DNA of 64,000 nucleotides from NCBI GenBank assembly GCA_964106645.2, contig OZ067045.1; one strand, given 5' to 3'. The notes under the pieces were generated by a model. That model saw only the letters and a list, made by a program, of their open reading frames with translations, was not told the origin of the DNA and searched no databases. The position numbers and the translations under genes are program-made. Origin of the DNA: Podarcis pityusensis. Its lineage: Eukaryota. This document shows positions 12,647-24,992 of the stretch, in pieces. Numbering within the stretch: position 1 is the stretch's first letter; each line of letters starts with the position of its first letter.

Positions 12647-13361
12647 CTGCCAAACCCAGGAACATAAAAAAGTCAGCTTCTCCCCAGATCAAGACCACCA
12701 TATACAGCTCGACTACTGTAGCTACAGGTTCAATCAAAAGACAAAAAGAACAGCTATTTTCTAAGCAGGCAGCTGATCCTTTAGTTCAATAGTCACCACC
12801 CCACGTCCCACTGCTAAGAGAGGCTTCAGAGGCTTTTCCTAAGCCATGACCTTCAGCAGGAATGAGTGATGGAAAAAAACACTTCTGCTCTAAGGCCCTT
12901 CAGCTTCCAGCCCAGAATCTCGTAGTCCCTTGCTATATATGGAATGTGTCTGGCAGGGCTGGGCGATATCTGTTGCAGGTGCAATTCTGCACTTTCTCAG
13001 GAAGGAAGGCCAACATGGCGCAGGTGCTGCAGGCCACTACAGCAGCTCCCTCACCATCTATGTCTCTTGGTCCAATGTACACCGTGAGACAGCACTCTGG
13101 GCCTCTCCCTCAAAATGTCCCCCTGTTTACAAGCCTTGGTTATGAGCTGCAATCATTTAAACAGGATTGCTACTGGCTACTAACCCCTTCCCCAACTCAC
13201 AATGGTATTTTGGATATCCATTGTAAAAATAAAAAAGCCAAAAAGAATTAAAATGACGGCAGGAAAAATGCCAAAAAACTTGAATTATGAATTGCTGGGT
13301 AGATCCTCCCAACCTCCAGAGACCCATTTTGGGCTGCTGTAAAGACATCAGAGGCACTTGC

Positions 13362-13462
13362 CTTCTTTCTGCCAGCATTTCATAGAAGTCTCTGATATCT
13401 TGACCCGTTTTCTCCATAGATTGATAGAATGACAACTGGCTTTCACGGTTTGCAAAATCCAC
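13362..13462 (-). CDS. SPEN: SPEN exon 10 (end of RRM4, 101 nt; GC donor)
   Basis: ttcag|GTG; encodes VDFANRESQLSFYQSMEKTGQDIRDFYEMLAERR; donor AG|gcaagt. Confidence 0.95.
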
Positions 13463-13969
13463 CTGAAAAACAAGAATTTTTAAAGGCCCATTACTCCCAA
13501 TAACACCCAATTATGAAAAAAGGTTCATCATCTGCATTTAAGACACAGGGAAATTAAGACATGATTAAAAGTGCCCCCCGCCCCATTAAACCATCAGATG
13601 AGGAGAACTTTGCTTGCTGGTGGGTTTTAATGTAGAAGCTAGTTTTAATAGAATATGGTACTTCACAGCTTAGATGTGGGTATGGAAGTATCATAATGCC
13701 ATACACATTATGAAAAAAGAACAGCAACCATGCTGGGCCAATTCAGCAATGGCCAGATACATCTGAGAATATCATAAGGAAGTTGGGGAAGACAGGGTGC
13801 ATTTAGCCACTGATAACCTTCAACATGTTAATATGAGAGTGATTTTAGTCAAAAGGATCACAAGCTAATTATGAATGCATGTATAACTATTGAGACGTTG
13901 TTCTTGTTCTTGCTGTTACTGTTGCTTTTCCCAAGAACCACAATTAAAATGCCTCTGGTCAATCTTACA

Positions 13970-16550
13970 CAGCAAGCCAAACCCAGAATACTAAATCCAC
14001 AGATACTAAATCCCCAAATGCACAGAGTATGGGAAACAAGCAAGATGAATTGGAGCTTTTAGCACAGGATAGCAAATATGACCTGGTAGGCATTACTGAA
14101 AACTGGTGGCTTGAGACTCATGACTGGAATGTAGGAATTGTAGGGTATAACCTGTTCAAAAGGAATAGACCGAAGAGGAAGAGAGGAACTTCAATTTCCA
14201 TGATATCTGTTGGGACTCTAACTCTGCCAAGAATGCAAGGTCCAACAAATTCCTCCATTGCCTCTCCGACAATTTAATTTCCCAGAAGGTGGAAGAAGCA
14301 TCAAGGGGATCATCAAGAGGAACTGATCGACAAAGTGGAAGTACAAAGAAACTTGGGAGAAAGTGATCATGTTCTTCTGGCTTTCATGATACAGAGGCAA
14401 GGGGAAACTGTGTAGTCGGACACACACTCTGGATTTTAAAAAGGCCAATTTTCAAAAAGCTTAAGGAACTACTGGGTGTGATTCCAACAGTTGCAGGGGG
14501 AAAGTCAGGCTGGCTAAAGCTCAGAATGAACAGGCTTGCAAGGGAGGTTAGAAATAATTAAAAAGGTTTATTTGGCTATGTCCAAAGTAAGAAGAACAAG
14601 GAAGTGGCGGATCCTCTCCTTGGAGAAGACAAGAGAAAAGCTGGAACAACTCAACACCTACTTTGCCTCTGTTGTCACCCAAAAGGAAAGTGATGCCGAA
14701 CCTGGTGATAACAGAATAAATGATGTAAGGAGGGAGCTGCGTCCCAAGATAGGAAAAGAGGTATTAGGGAACACCTAGTTACTTTAAATGAATTCAAATC
14801 TCCAGGGCCTGGTGAGCTGCATCCAAGGGTACTAAAGGAGGTTGTGGATGTAATTTCAGAGCCTTTATCTATGATCTTTGAGAAATCTTGGAGAACAGGT
14901 GAGGTCCCTACAGACTGGAGGTGGGCAAATGTTGTCTCCTTCCTTAGAAAGGGGGGAAAGGAAGACCCGGGTAACTACCAACTGGTGAACTTGACATCAA
15001 TACCAGGGAAGGTCCTAGAACAGATAATTCAACAGTCGGTCATTTAGAAAAGGATGCTGTGATTACTAAGGCCTAGCATGGGTTTCTCAAAAATATGTCA
15101 TGCCAGAACAACCCGATTTCTTTTTTTGATGGAATTACAAACTTGGTGGATCAGAGAAATGCTGTGGACATAGTGTATCTTGATTTCAGTAAGGCTTTTG
15201 ACTAACCCCCCCCCCCCCCCCCACAATATTCTTGCGAGGAAGCTGGTAGAATGTGGGTTGAACAAGGTGGATTTGTAGCTGGTTGACTGACTGAACCCAA
15301 AGAGTACTCATTTTTGGTTTCTCGTCATCCTGGGGAAAAGTGACAAGTGGGGTGCCGCAGGGTTCTCTCCTGGGCCTGTTGTTCAACGTCTTTATAAACG
15401 ACTTGGATGAAGGAATTGAGGCGATGCTCATCAAATTCGCAGATGACAGAAAACTGGGAGCAGTAGCTAATGCCACAGAAGACAGAATCAAAATTCAAAA
15501 TGACAGATTGGAGAACTGGGTGCAAGCTAACAAAAAGAATTTCAATAGGGATAAATGTAAGGTTCTGCACTTAGACAGAAGAACCAGATGCACAAATATA
15601 GGATGGGGGACACCTGAGTGACTAGCAGTACATGTGAAAAGGATCTAGGGATCTTGGTGGACCACAAGCTTAACATGAGGCAACAGTATGATACAGCAGC
15701 AAAAAAGGCTGCATCAACAGATGTGTTTAGATCAAGGGAAGTAATAAAAAGGTAAAGGACCCCTGACAATTAAGTCCAGTCGCGAATGACTCTGGGGTTG
15801 TGGCGCTCAGTTTTTCCGGGTCATGTGGCCAGCATGACTAATCCGCTTCTCAGGGAAACCAGAGCAGCGCACAGAAACGCCGTTTACCTTCCCTCCGGAG
15901 CGGTACCTATTTATCTAATTGCACTTTTTGCCATGCTTTCAAACTGCTAGGTTGGCAGGAGCAGGGACCGAGCCACGGGAGCTCACCCTATCGCGGGGAT
16001 TCGAACTGCCGACCTTCTGATCAGCAAGCCCAAGAGGCTCAGTGGTTTAGACCACAGCACCACCTGCGTCACAGGGAAGTAATAGTACCACTCTATTCTG
16101 CCTTGGAATACTGTGTCCAGTTCTGGAATACTGTGTCCAGTTCTGGGTGCCACAATTTAAGAAGAATGTTGACAAGCTGGAACGTGTGCAGAGGAGGGCA
16201 ACTAGGATGATCAAGGGTCTAGAAGCCAAGCCTTATATGAGAGACGGTTGAAGGAGCTAGGTATGTTTAGCATGGAAAAGAGGAGACTGAGAGGAGATAT
16301 GATAGCAATCTTCAAATATCTAAATCGTTGTCAAATGGAAGCTTGTTTTTTCCTGCTCTGGAAGGTAGGACTCCTACCGATGGCTTCAAGTCACAAAAAA
16401 AGAGATTGAGATCTGACAGTAAGAGCTGTTGAACAGTGGAACAGCCTCCTCCCTTGGGGGTTTTTAAGCAGAGGTTGGGTGGCCATCTGTCATGGATGCT
16501 TTAGCTGAGGTTCCTGCATTGCAGGGGTCCCTTCCAACTCTATAAATTAG
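13970..16550 (+). mobile_element. Degraded CR1 LINE (ORF2 endonuclease and RT, plus 3' end) in intron 9, antisense to SPEN
   Basis: Translated fragments: MGNKQDELELL..YDLVGITENWW (APE), SWRTGEVPTDWRWANV..GKEDPGNYQLVNLTSIPGKVLEQII, SGVPQGSLLG..FINDLDEGIE..LIKFADD (RT). CR1-type 3' end CCCTTCCAACTCTA; many frameshifts and stops. Confidence 0.93.
15747..16072 (-). mobile_element. Sauria SINE nested in the CR1
   Basis: ACCTTT-type tail and tRNA-like head on the minus strand. 12-bp TSD AGGGAAGTAATA at 15735-15746 and 16073-16084. Confidence 0.9.
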
Positions 16551-17561
16551 ATTCAATAAATCCCTCTCTCAGGAAGTTGAATAAACAATCCTCAAACACC
16601 TGTTACAATGTCAAAAAACCCAAACGGCTAATTTTAATCAAAGGCCAGTAATTAAAAGGTTTAAGACGGATGCACCGGAAGACATTCTGTAATACTCCAC
16701 AGCAACAGGGCAGGCAGACATCAAACTCACTGAAGCCACACAAGCTATAGAACTAGCACACAGGAGGCTCAATGTTAAATTCATCCTTTACAATGCACCT
16801 TTAAGGTGTTCACCTCTTAGTGCAGTCCCCTGCCCCGCCTACCTCCCACCCCCCCAAAAAATATATATGGTGCCTTCCTGCTGGCTGGGGCTGATGTGAG
16901 TTGTGGTCCAAACACTGGGAGGGCACTAGGTTGGGGAGGGCTATCCTACTGAGTGTGTGCAAGCACCCAATCACACGCCTGACACAAGGTAGGATGTCTT
17001 ATTTGGAAGCAGATAACCAAGCAAGACAAGAGGAGACGACATTTCAAAGGCCGTCCTGGACAGTGCCCAATGCACCACAAGAACCACATCTTTCCTCTGA
17101 CGTAGAGCTTATCTCCATCTTGGAAAAAGCACCATGGGACACAGCACATGCCTTTACTATGCCCCAAATGGCACAGGCCAGGTGGTCAACGCACCTGGCA
17201 CATCCATGTACACAAGCAAGACTCCTGCGCTCAAGGTGATCTCTCCTTGGGAAGGACGCAGTGAGCCAAGAGGGCCAAGGAAATTCTACAGCTGCAGAGA
17301 TGTTAGCGGCACAAGGTCCAGCAGCCAAAGAACTTAGGAAAGGAGAAGAACTGAGCAAAGCAAATGACAGGAAGGGAAAGGCTACAAGCAGCAGTTGGAG
17401 ATGCCCGCACAGCTCCACTCGGCAGAGGGGGTGACAATAATCAATCTTAGAAAAACTTTGGCAAAGCATTCTGTGTCATTAAGCAATTCCCCTGCCTGGC
17501 CTATTATTTACTATTGTTTATTATCATTACTACTAATCTTTAGGAACTTAATTTTGCAGAC

Positions 17562-17675
17562 CTTAATTTTATTCCCACCGATTTTCCTCCCCTTGGTCTC
17601 TTTTACAGCAGCTTGTGCATATTCAATTTCATTGTAGATAACGAGAGCCATGCCTTTTAAGCGGTCAAACACCAC
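17562..17675 (-). CDS. SPEN: SPEN exon 9 (RRM4, 114 nt)
   Basis: cag|GTG ... AAG|gtctgc; encodes VVFDRLKGMALVIYNEIEYAQAAVKETKGRKIGGNKIK. Confidence 0.96.
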
Positions 17676-18718
17676 CTGTAAGAACAAAAAAACAAAACAA
17701 AACCAAAATAAGAGCCTCATCCACAGGACAGAAACGTCAGTCCCAGCAAACAAATGCAACTAGGGGCAGGGAGAATAGATACGGTTACAACACCAAATTT
17801 AGAGGCGTTTTCAGCCTTCCCCGCAACAAGGCATCTTGTAAGAGAGACAATAAAAAGGGGCGAAAGGGACTGCTCTAGGTTGAGAATCATGTGGCTTGAG
17901 GCATTGGTAGGCCTTTATTTTGTTTTTCTGTATTTTACTTATTTCCCTGCAGTTGCAAATTTTATGCCCAGAGAGTACAAATTCTGTTTAAAAAAACAGA
18001 ACAAAAACAAGTGTAAGAAACCACAGTTTCACTAAGGAGATAAACGTGTGCTGCTCGAGACACAAGGCACCAGCAGGCTCTGTGGAAGTAATGCCAAGAG
18101 TTCAAAATCCCACCCACTCCCTGCAGAGATTATACAGGAGGCATTCCTGGCTCAAGCTTGTCCAACCTCCCTGCATGATTCATTCACGCAGAGGTGCTAC
18201 ATGACTTTAAGATCAACCTCTGCTCCAGAGATTAAAAGGCAACTCAGTGCATGTACCTGAGATACCTGCAAGGGGGAAGAGGGGAGATTAAAGGCATTGG
18301 GGGGAGGCAGGAGAAGTCAGTTGCCTCTGCATTTAGAATGGGAGCCATAAGACAACTTCTGGATCTAATGTGACTGATCTGAGCCCTGTCACTGAAGTGG
18401 GCCATGCACCCAAAATTCTAGGGGGAGTCACAGTTTTGCAAAGGGGGGGGCAGGGGAGGAAGAGAAGGTGGGCAGACACACCAAGCACTCTCTGCACACG
18501 TTTGGCTTGCCTTAACATGCCATTTCCCCAACTGGAAAAAAGGTGGCGAGAGCTTTGGACCTCTCGGAAGGATAGGCTCAGCCCGGAGAGACAGAGAGAA
18601 ATATAGAGACAGAAGCAGGTCTTCAGGACGGAGCTTGAATGTGGGGTCAGAAAAGAGCAGGTTTATTGAGGAAGGAAGAGAGGAGACCTCTTCGTGCTGC
18701 AGAAAGCCTCCCACCTAC

Positions 18719-18832
18719 CTTCACCACAGGACCATAGCGGCAGAAATGTCGCGTTAAATACTGATCCGTCACGTTTGTCGAAAGACCATCCAACCACATG
18801 CAGTTGGTGGGCATGCTCTTCCCAAAGCCCAG
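18719..18832 (-). CDS. SPEN: SPEN exon 8 (RRM3/RRM4 junction, 114 nt)
   Basis: cag|CTG ... AAG|gtaggt; encodes LGFGKSMPTNCMWLDGLSTNVTDQYLTRHFCRYGPVVK. Confidence 0.97.
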
Positions 18833-19367
18833 CTGGACACAAAAGGGCAAAACTTCCAGTCAGTCAAAGAATTCACAATTAAGCTCATTTAACAAGAGCA
18901 GGCCTAATTCTAAACTAAGATCCGTAGAGCAGGTGCGAGCAAGTACTAAGCCAGTTTTGGGTTTTTTTTAAAGCCAGTTTTAATTAACACAAATTCCAGA
19001 AGCTTAAATGGACACAAAGTGTGGCCCCTTCCTATGGCAAGTGAATCAAGTGCAACTTGCAGTCTGTACAGGACAAGGAGCTGGAGAGAAAACTGTGAAT
19101 GGGCAAGAAAACAAATGCCACCTCCACGCCCATTCGGTTTCCAGGTTCTGCACCAAGATGGTCAAACAACTTTGCCCATTCGTGCCATCTGGAGGGACTG
19201 AAAAATCCCAGAAACAATCCAATCTCATCTACAAGCAAACAGAAAGGCCCTAAGAGGGACACAGGGCATCTTATCCTTGCTTCACGGCTCAAGCTGACAA
19301 GAATCACTTAAAATCTCTGGAAACAAAAAAACCCCTCAAAGAGCAGCACTTCTAGGAGAAAATTTAC

Positions 19368-19493
19368 CTTGAGCCGATTATTTCCGAGATATTCCCCATC
19401 CATCTTCTTGATCGCTTTACACACACTTGCAATATCACAGTACTGCAGGAATGCATACTGGGGAACCCCATTCACTTTCTTGATGTCAATATC
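19368..19493 (-). CDS. SPEN: SPEN exon 7 (RRM3, 126 nt)
   Basis: cag|GAT ... AAG|gtaaat; encodes DIDIKKVNGVPQYAFLQYCDIASVCKAIKKMDGEYLGNNRLK. Confidence 0.97.
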
Positions 19494-20058
19494 CTGGTGG
19501 GGAAGGAAAGCAGTTCACACTGAGAGACAGACTAGGCCACAGGGCACCAAGAGGACTGCTGGTCAAAGAGAACGCCCTGCTAAGGCAGAAGCAGGCTCAT
19601 AGTTTTACAGGTTAGCCTTCAGGGATGAAGCTGGACCCCAGTTTAAAGCAGTTGTTGGCCAGTCAAAAACACACACATCCCGCTAAAGCTCAGCAACATA
19701 AGTGGGAGTCTGCAACTGGTGGTCCTAGGTCAAGTATCCACTCACATCTGTGGATTCTCTTTTGCTTCCTAAACCAGCAAGGTCAGGTTGGTGTGTGGAC
19801 ACAAGTGACAGAAGCAGTTTCCCCTCCTCAGCTTCTTTTTCTAAATGACAATACCCCCAAACCATTCAGTGTTCCTGTCCTATTTTTATGCTCTTAAAAA
19901 TACTGCTCATGGAAAACCACAACAATCCACTCTTCCCTCCCTTCCTCATCTTGCAGCTCATTCTAAACCAAGATGACGCACACAGTAAAATCCAGATGAA
20001 CAACAGCAACAATGCAACAACATTGTGATGCTGATTAATTATTTGAATGCTGGCTTTT

Positions 20059-20061
<3 letters not shown>

Positions 20062-20092
<31 letters not shown>
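20062..20092. repeat. (TA)n microsatellite
   Basis: Perfect dinucleotide run. Confidence 0.95.
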
Positions 20093-20094
<2 letters not shown>

Positions 20095-21369
20095 TTAGCA
20101 ACAGCTGAAATCTAAGTAGTGACTAAGATACTCTGGAAATATTTAAAGCCTGTGCTAGAGAAAATTATCTACCTGGGGATTTAATGGGCTTAGGCAGGCA
20201 GAAGGATAAACAACATTTTGGCCAGCCTTCACTCTGATGACTAGGAGCCGAGGCAGGCACAATGTTCTCTGAGTAGGACGAGTCATCCTCCCAAGCTAGA
20301 AATAGAAGCTGGACACTTTCTATTTTTGCAAAACAACACTCACTTCTGCCTTTGTGAGCAGTGTGTTAGGAGATTCAGGCAAGGAAGGAGACTCCAGCAC
20401 CTTCAACAAGTCCAGGGACAAGAGCAAAAGATCCAGAGAAGACTTCCATTCCCAGAAGCCTTTGGCTCCAAACAAAGGTGAGGAAGCAAAGACTTGCCCA
20501 AAGAGGGGACTTCTCTAACACCAGCCAGTCTTTGTTCTAGTGACATAGCAGCATAGGAGCTTCCAACTTAGGGTGACTGACTTGCCGTGAGCAAGCAATT
20601 AAAGCAAAAACAAACAGCTACACCCCTAGGGGTCACTTTTCCATTAATGATGAGGCATCCACACAACAGTGGATCTGCAACATACCCCACTGCCACGGTC
20701 TGTGTGAGCAAATGACAGTCTCTTTTCTTGTGGATGTCTCGAGTTTGCATGCAGTGCTTTTCAGGGCATGCAGGTGGGAGATTAAAAGGCCTGGCAACAC
20801 TCAACCCAGGCAGCTCTCGGTCCTGCTTGCTAACACACTCTCCTTCCCCAATGCCAAACACACAGAAGCGGAAGCAGTTTCTGCTGAACCAGACTTGCAT
20901 TGTTCAGCCATGGACATGAGTTTAGCAAATGCCTAGTAAGCAAGTGAAAAGGCTCCACCTCTTCAAGACAAAGCGAGAAGAGCTGCGCCCTTCAGGAAGG
21001 GAAGTCCCAGGGCTGCACAGCTGCCCCCAGTGCTCTTCCTCCTTGGGCCCTTGTAGGTGGGAAGGGCCAGGCAAGCCTTCTAACCATCTGCCTCAAGTGC
21101 CACCTCTTCTTGCAAGGGAGCACAGCAAAGGAGGCAGTCTCTGACACATGTAGGGCTCAGAGTATTCAGCAGAGCAAACGGGGTTGTTTTCAATGTAAGG
21201 TTGCTAAGACACTGCTACCCAGGGATAGGGAAGCTGCCTTTTCCCCCTTCCAAATTTATTATTTCTATATCATGGCTTCATAAGATCCAGTGATACTTAT
21301 CAGATTAATGGACCTTCAGAGCTTATATTTAATGAGCTGAAACATGCTTCTCTCTCAAATGAACTGATA

Positions 21370-21372
<3 letters not shown>

Positions 21373-21400
<28 letters not shown>
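21373..21400. repeat. (AC)n microsatellite, (GU)n on the pre-mRNA, ~10 nt downstream of the exon 6 donor
   Basis: Directly visible. Confidence 0.95.
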
Positions 21401-21409
21401 TGTACATAC

Positions 21410-21561
21410 CACTATCCCTCCAAAACGCTGGAAGATGTTGCGAAGGTCATGATATGTGGTGGTTTTTTCTAGATTGCCGATGAACAGAGTTCTCGTTGCC
21501 TTGGGGTGGAATTCATCTATTCTTTCATCTAAAGGCCGAAATTCATTCTCGCTCTCTGTTT
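21410..21561 (-). CDS. SPEN: SPEN exon 6 (start of RRM3, 152 nt)
   Basis: cag|AAACA ... GTG|gtatgt; encodes ETESENEFRPLDERIDEFHPKATRTLFIGNLEKTTTYHDLRNIFQRFGGIV. Confidence 0.97.
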
Positions 21562-21929
21562 CTGGAGGCAGGTGATTTAAAAAAAGTTCTTTTAACATTC
21601 TGTGGTGTCTTCTCTCTTTAACATTCTGTAGTGTCTAAATCTCTCTACGCTGCCATGTCAGGAGGGCTGAGCTTCATCCCACCCCATTTCAAATGATTAT
21701 GGATCTAGTAATGCCAGCAAATCAAAGGTCAAAGCAGTCTACCAACTCCTATTCTGTAAGCAGAAACTAAATTCAACAGACTAATCTGGAGGGAAAACTG
21801 AAACAAGAGCTCCCGCCCACTTCAATGGGATTTGTGAAGAGGTTCCTGATGGATGGTGCCAATGCACCAAAAATGACCAGCTGGCTAATGTTTTTGTTAG
21901 GGCCAACTTAAGCATCGCTAAACTTGAAG

Positions 21930-22012
21930 AAGAGCCATAGCTCACTGGCAGAGCATCTGCTTTGAAAGCAGAAGGCCCATGTTCAATTTCCAACACCTCC
22001 AAGTTTCCTGGA
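21930..22012 (+). mobile_element. tRNA-derived squamate SINE head fragment (Squam2-like)
   Basis: GCCATAGCTCACTGGCAGAGCATCTGCTTTG...GTTCAATTTCC with degenerate A/B boxes; related copy at 52468-52660. Confidence 0.6.
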
Positions 22013-22209
22013 TTCAGTATTTCCTATGTAAAGCAACAGCAAGCTCGCTTTTTTCATGAATTTTCTCCATTCTGGAGAACTTAAAAACCAGCTCGTGGCT
22101 TTGTTGTGCTTCAATTGGGCCAAACTGTTGTTATTTGGATTTTCCTTTGAGGGGCCAGCACAAGGCTATCTGCCATTTTCAAGGGCCAGCAACAACCTCC
22201 TTGGCTCAC

Positions 22210-22410
22210 CTGGCCCTATCCAAGCAGTCACTTCAATCTGCATGCCAAAGAAGAGTTTCCCTTTGGAAGCATTGAGCGCTTTCTCCTGATCCTCCTGTTG
22301 CCGGAAGAACACCAGTCCGTATCGCTCTTCAGAGGCTCCGTGAATCTGCACAGATGTCACCTTCCCGTACTTCTTGAACTCGTGGAATAAACCATCTTTA
22401 AGGCTGGTGT
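22210..22410 (-). CDS. SPEN: SPEN exon 5 (RRM2, 201 nt)
   Basis: tag|ACACC ... CCAG|gtgagc; encodes DTSLKDGLFHEFKKYGKVTSVQIHGASEERYGLVFFRQQEDQEKALNASKGKLFFGMQIEVTAWIGP. Confidence 0.97.
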
Positions 22411-23154
22411 CTACACCCCAAGAAGCAAAGCAGAAGATTCATGCTGATGGTTACAGAAGACACTGTAGCCTTTTTGGCAAACGCAGCACAAAGGTTGCAG
22501 TTTGTACTCTTTCGTGTTGTGAGTTTCTATTTTAAAATGTATAGTGTTACATACACACAGAACTGCCCCCTGCAGAACAAGCTGCTTGGGTTCACCCTTC
22601 TCCCAATCAAACATGCCACCTCTCCTCCCCAATTCCCCTCTTTTCACTGTGAACCATTCCCTGCATTGAGTGATGTGTAGTCTGCACTTGGGAGAAGCCT
22701 CGCAGAATCACCCTGGCCAGAAGGGAACCTCAATACAGCCTCCACTGGTATTGTTCTGTTGCTTCTTGCTCTTTTCCATGATGAGCGGAACCAGAACTGT
22801 GCAAATGTGCGAATTTGCTCAGTCCTCTTTTGTGCAAAACTGTGCACAGAATTTTGATTTAAAGGCACATACACAGCCCTGCTTTGACTGTTATATATCT
22901 TTCACCTGTGGTAGGAAAATTCCATGCACCTTAGGTTGATGAACCAGACTACTTAAAAAAACCCTCTTTCAAAATTAATGCTCCCCCATTTGCAATATGA
23001 CATATTTTCCACCAGCATTCGCGTCAGCGGTAGCCTACCAATGCAGTTCAAAGATCATTAAACAGGGCTTGCGTTTTCCAGTGGAATATTATGGGCAGTC
23101 ACAATATTGCTTTGGTTTAGCATTAATTATGGATGATGCCTCTTTAGCTCTTAC

Positions 23155-23315
23155 CTGTGGAGCGCACTGGAAGATTCTGAACCTTAATCCCAAAACTTTT
23201 GCGGGGCTCATCTTTTTCCAGAGATGGAAGCAACTGGGAGGTGGGTGCTGGAACTGCCGTGGATTGAACTGAACGGGCCGGAGACTCGTCGCTTGAGCTG
23301 CTGCTGGAGTCACTG
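23155..23315 (-). CDS. SPEN: SPEN exon 4 (Ser-rich linker and start of RRM2, 161 nt)
   Basis: cacag|CAGTGAC ... ACAG|gtaaga; encodes SDSSSSSSDESPARSVQSTAVPAPTSQLLPSLEKDEPRKSFGIKVQNLPVRST. The ORF track misses it in this frame. Confidence 0.96.
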
Positions 23316-24992
23316 CTGTGGAAGCAAAAAAAGAATGCAAAATTCAGCAGAGGGAGGCTGCCAGGTCATTGCCTTGAAACAAAAAGGTGCCCAAGGCCAA
23401 ATTCTTTTACCCATCAGCAGAAAAGCAGCATATATATATCTGAGGACAGCATGAGGATGCCAATGTCTTCACTGAAGAATAATCAAGGGTATGGGAGATG
23501 GTTTGCTTTTTGTACCTGGGAAAAACTCAAGGGTCTGGTCAATTTGAGATCTCTTTTTAGTCCTAAGCAGGGTTGGCATTAACAAAATAATTATGAAACT
23601 ATCCTGTGATTAAGGAAACCCAATACAGTCAAATAACTGGGGAGTTATATAGACTCTTAAAGTTTATTGTAAATCTGGGCATACTGGTTGCTGCCTGCAA
23701 GTTAAATCCAAGATTCCAATGTCTCAATTCACACGTTGCCTGAATAAAAGTGAATTTTTAATTGTTATAACAATTAATACATTAAATCCAAAAACTAGTC
23801 ATTCCACTTTCACACTATATACAGGTAGCCAAATGTTACACGCGTTCCGTATGTGTACGATGGTGTATACGCGCATCATGCTGATCCCGGAAGTGACCCA
23901 GAAACATCATAAAGACATCACTGAAACATCACTAAAAAGGCAGAATGGGGGCAGGGGAGGTCAGAACGAGGCACGGCAGAGCAGAGCAGGGGTAGAATGG
24001 GATGTTTGCAGGATTTTTCAATGGGTCAATTGCACTCAATTTCACTGGTACGTTGGGTGCCTCAGTACGTAACTCCCGCATCATATCTGCTTACAGACAA
24101 GCTCATAATTAGGAAATTAATGTTCTGCTTTTTCTGTACATATACAAGGACACAAGGCAAAATGACTCGCCTGAAGAAAAGGGCAACAAACCAACACAAA
24201 GTTAGATGGCAACACAAAGTTAGATGGCAACTAAATGTCCAGAGCTGTAAGAAGACTGTTAACTACTAAATAAAAGTTCTCAATAAATTGGTCACGGGAG
24301 AGCGGAATAAGTCACACACCCTTTTGGGCGTAAGCTTAAAGCCCCAATCAAGTGAAAATGAAAAGGAAGCAGAAGATAAACAAAAATCTTCACAAAACCA
24401 AGGGACTCTACTTGTCTTGGAACAACTCCCTCTTCACAGTGTCACGTGAACTGGCTTGCTGACTCCACTGATGCTAACCGCTAATCATGGTGACACCTTG
24501 ACAATGATTGGCTGATTGGTGCAATGGCTAGGACAGTTCAGAGCAGCTCACAGTCCACCTTCCATGAGGAAAAGGGTGTTGGTTAGTTGGGATTAAAACA
24601 TTGCAGGGTTATGGTTGAAAATTTTGATGGCCCTGAGAGCAGGTAGAGAAGCTAATGGAGCCCCGAGGAAAAGAAAGCTATATGAAGGTGCACAGTGGGG
24701 AAACAAACATTTAAAAATTGCATTTTTAAAATGCCAATTTAGATGTATGTGTTGGTTTTGTTTTTTGATTAAAATGTTGTAAGTCGCTTTGAGTTCCCAT
24801 GGCAAAAAGCGACTAGTACATTTAATAAGCAAGGAGGAGGAGGAAGAACCGGAAGGTAGGGTAAGAGAGGGGGAATTAAGGCATAAAAGGGCAACAAGGA
24901 GAAATTAAATCCCAGGAGGAATTTCACAGTGCTTAAGACAAGTAGAATTTTATTTGGGAGGTGGAAGAAAAACTAGGGAGAATGATCTAGAA

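Noticed and set aside
2363-12792. Many long plus-strand ORFs (e.g. 2363-3097, 6332-6958, 7865-8449, 12150-12764)
   Set aside because: Antisense shadows of GC-rich, biased SPEN coding sequence, with no recognisable domains or splice structure.
12647-13361. An extra cassette exon between exons 10 and 11, as I recall from mouse Spen
   Set aside because: I found no convincing in-frame exon with splice sites or similarity in this 715-bp intron.
21585-24230. Short perfect tandem duplications (e.g. TTTAACATTCTGT near 21590-21636; CAACACAAAGTTAGATGG x2 at 24192-24227)
   Set aside because: Ordinary slippage-type duplications with no sign of function.
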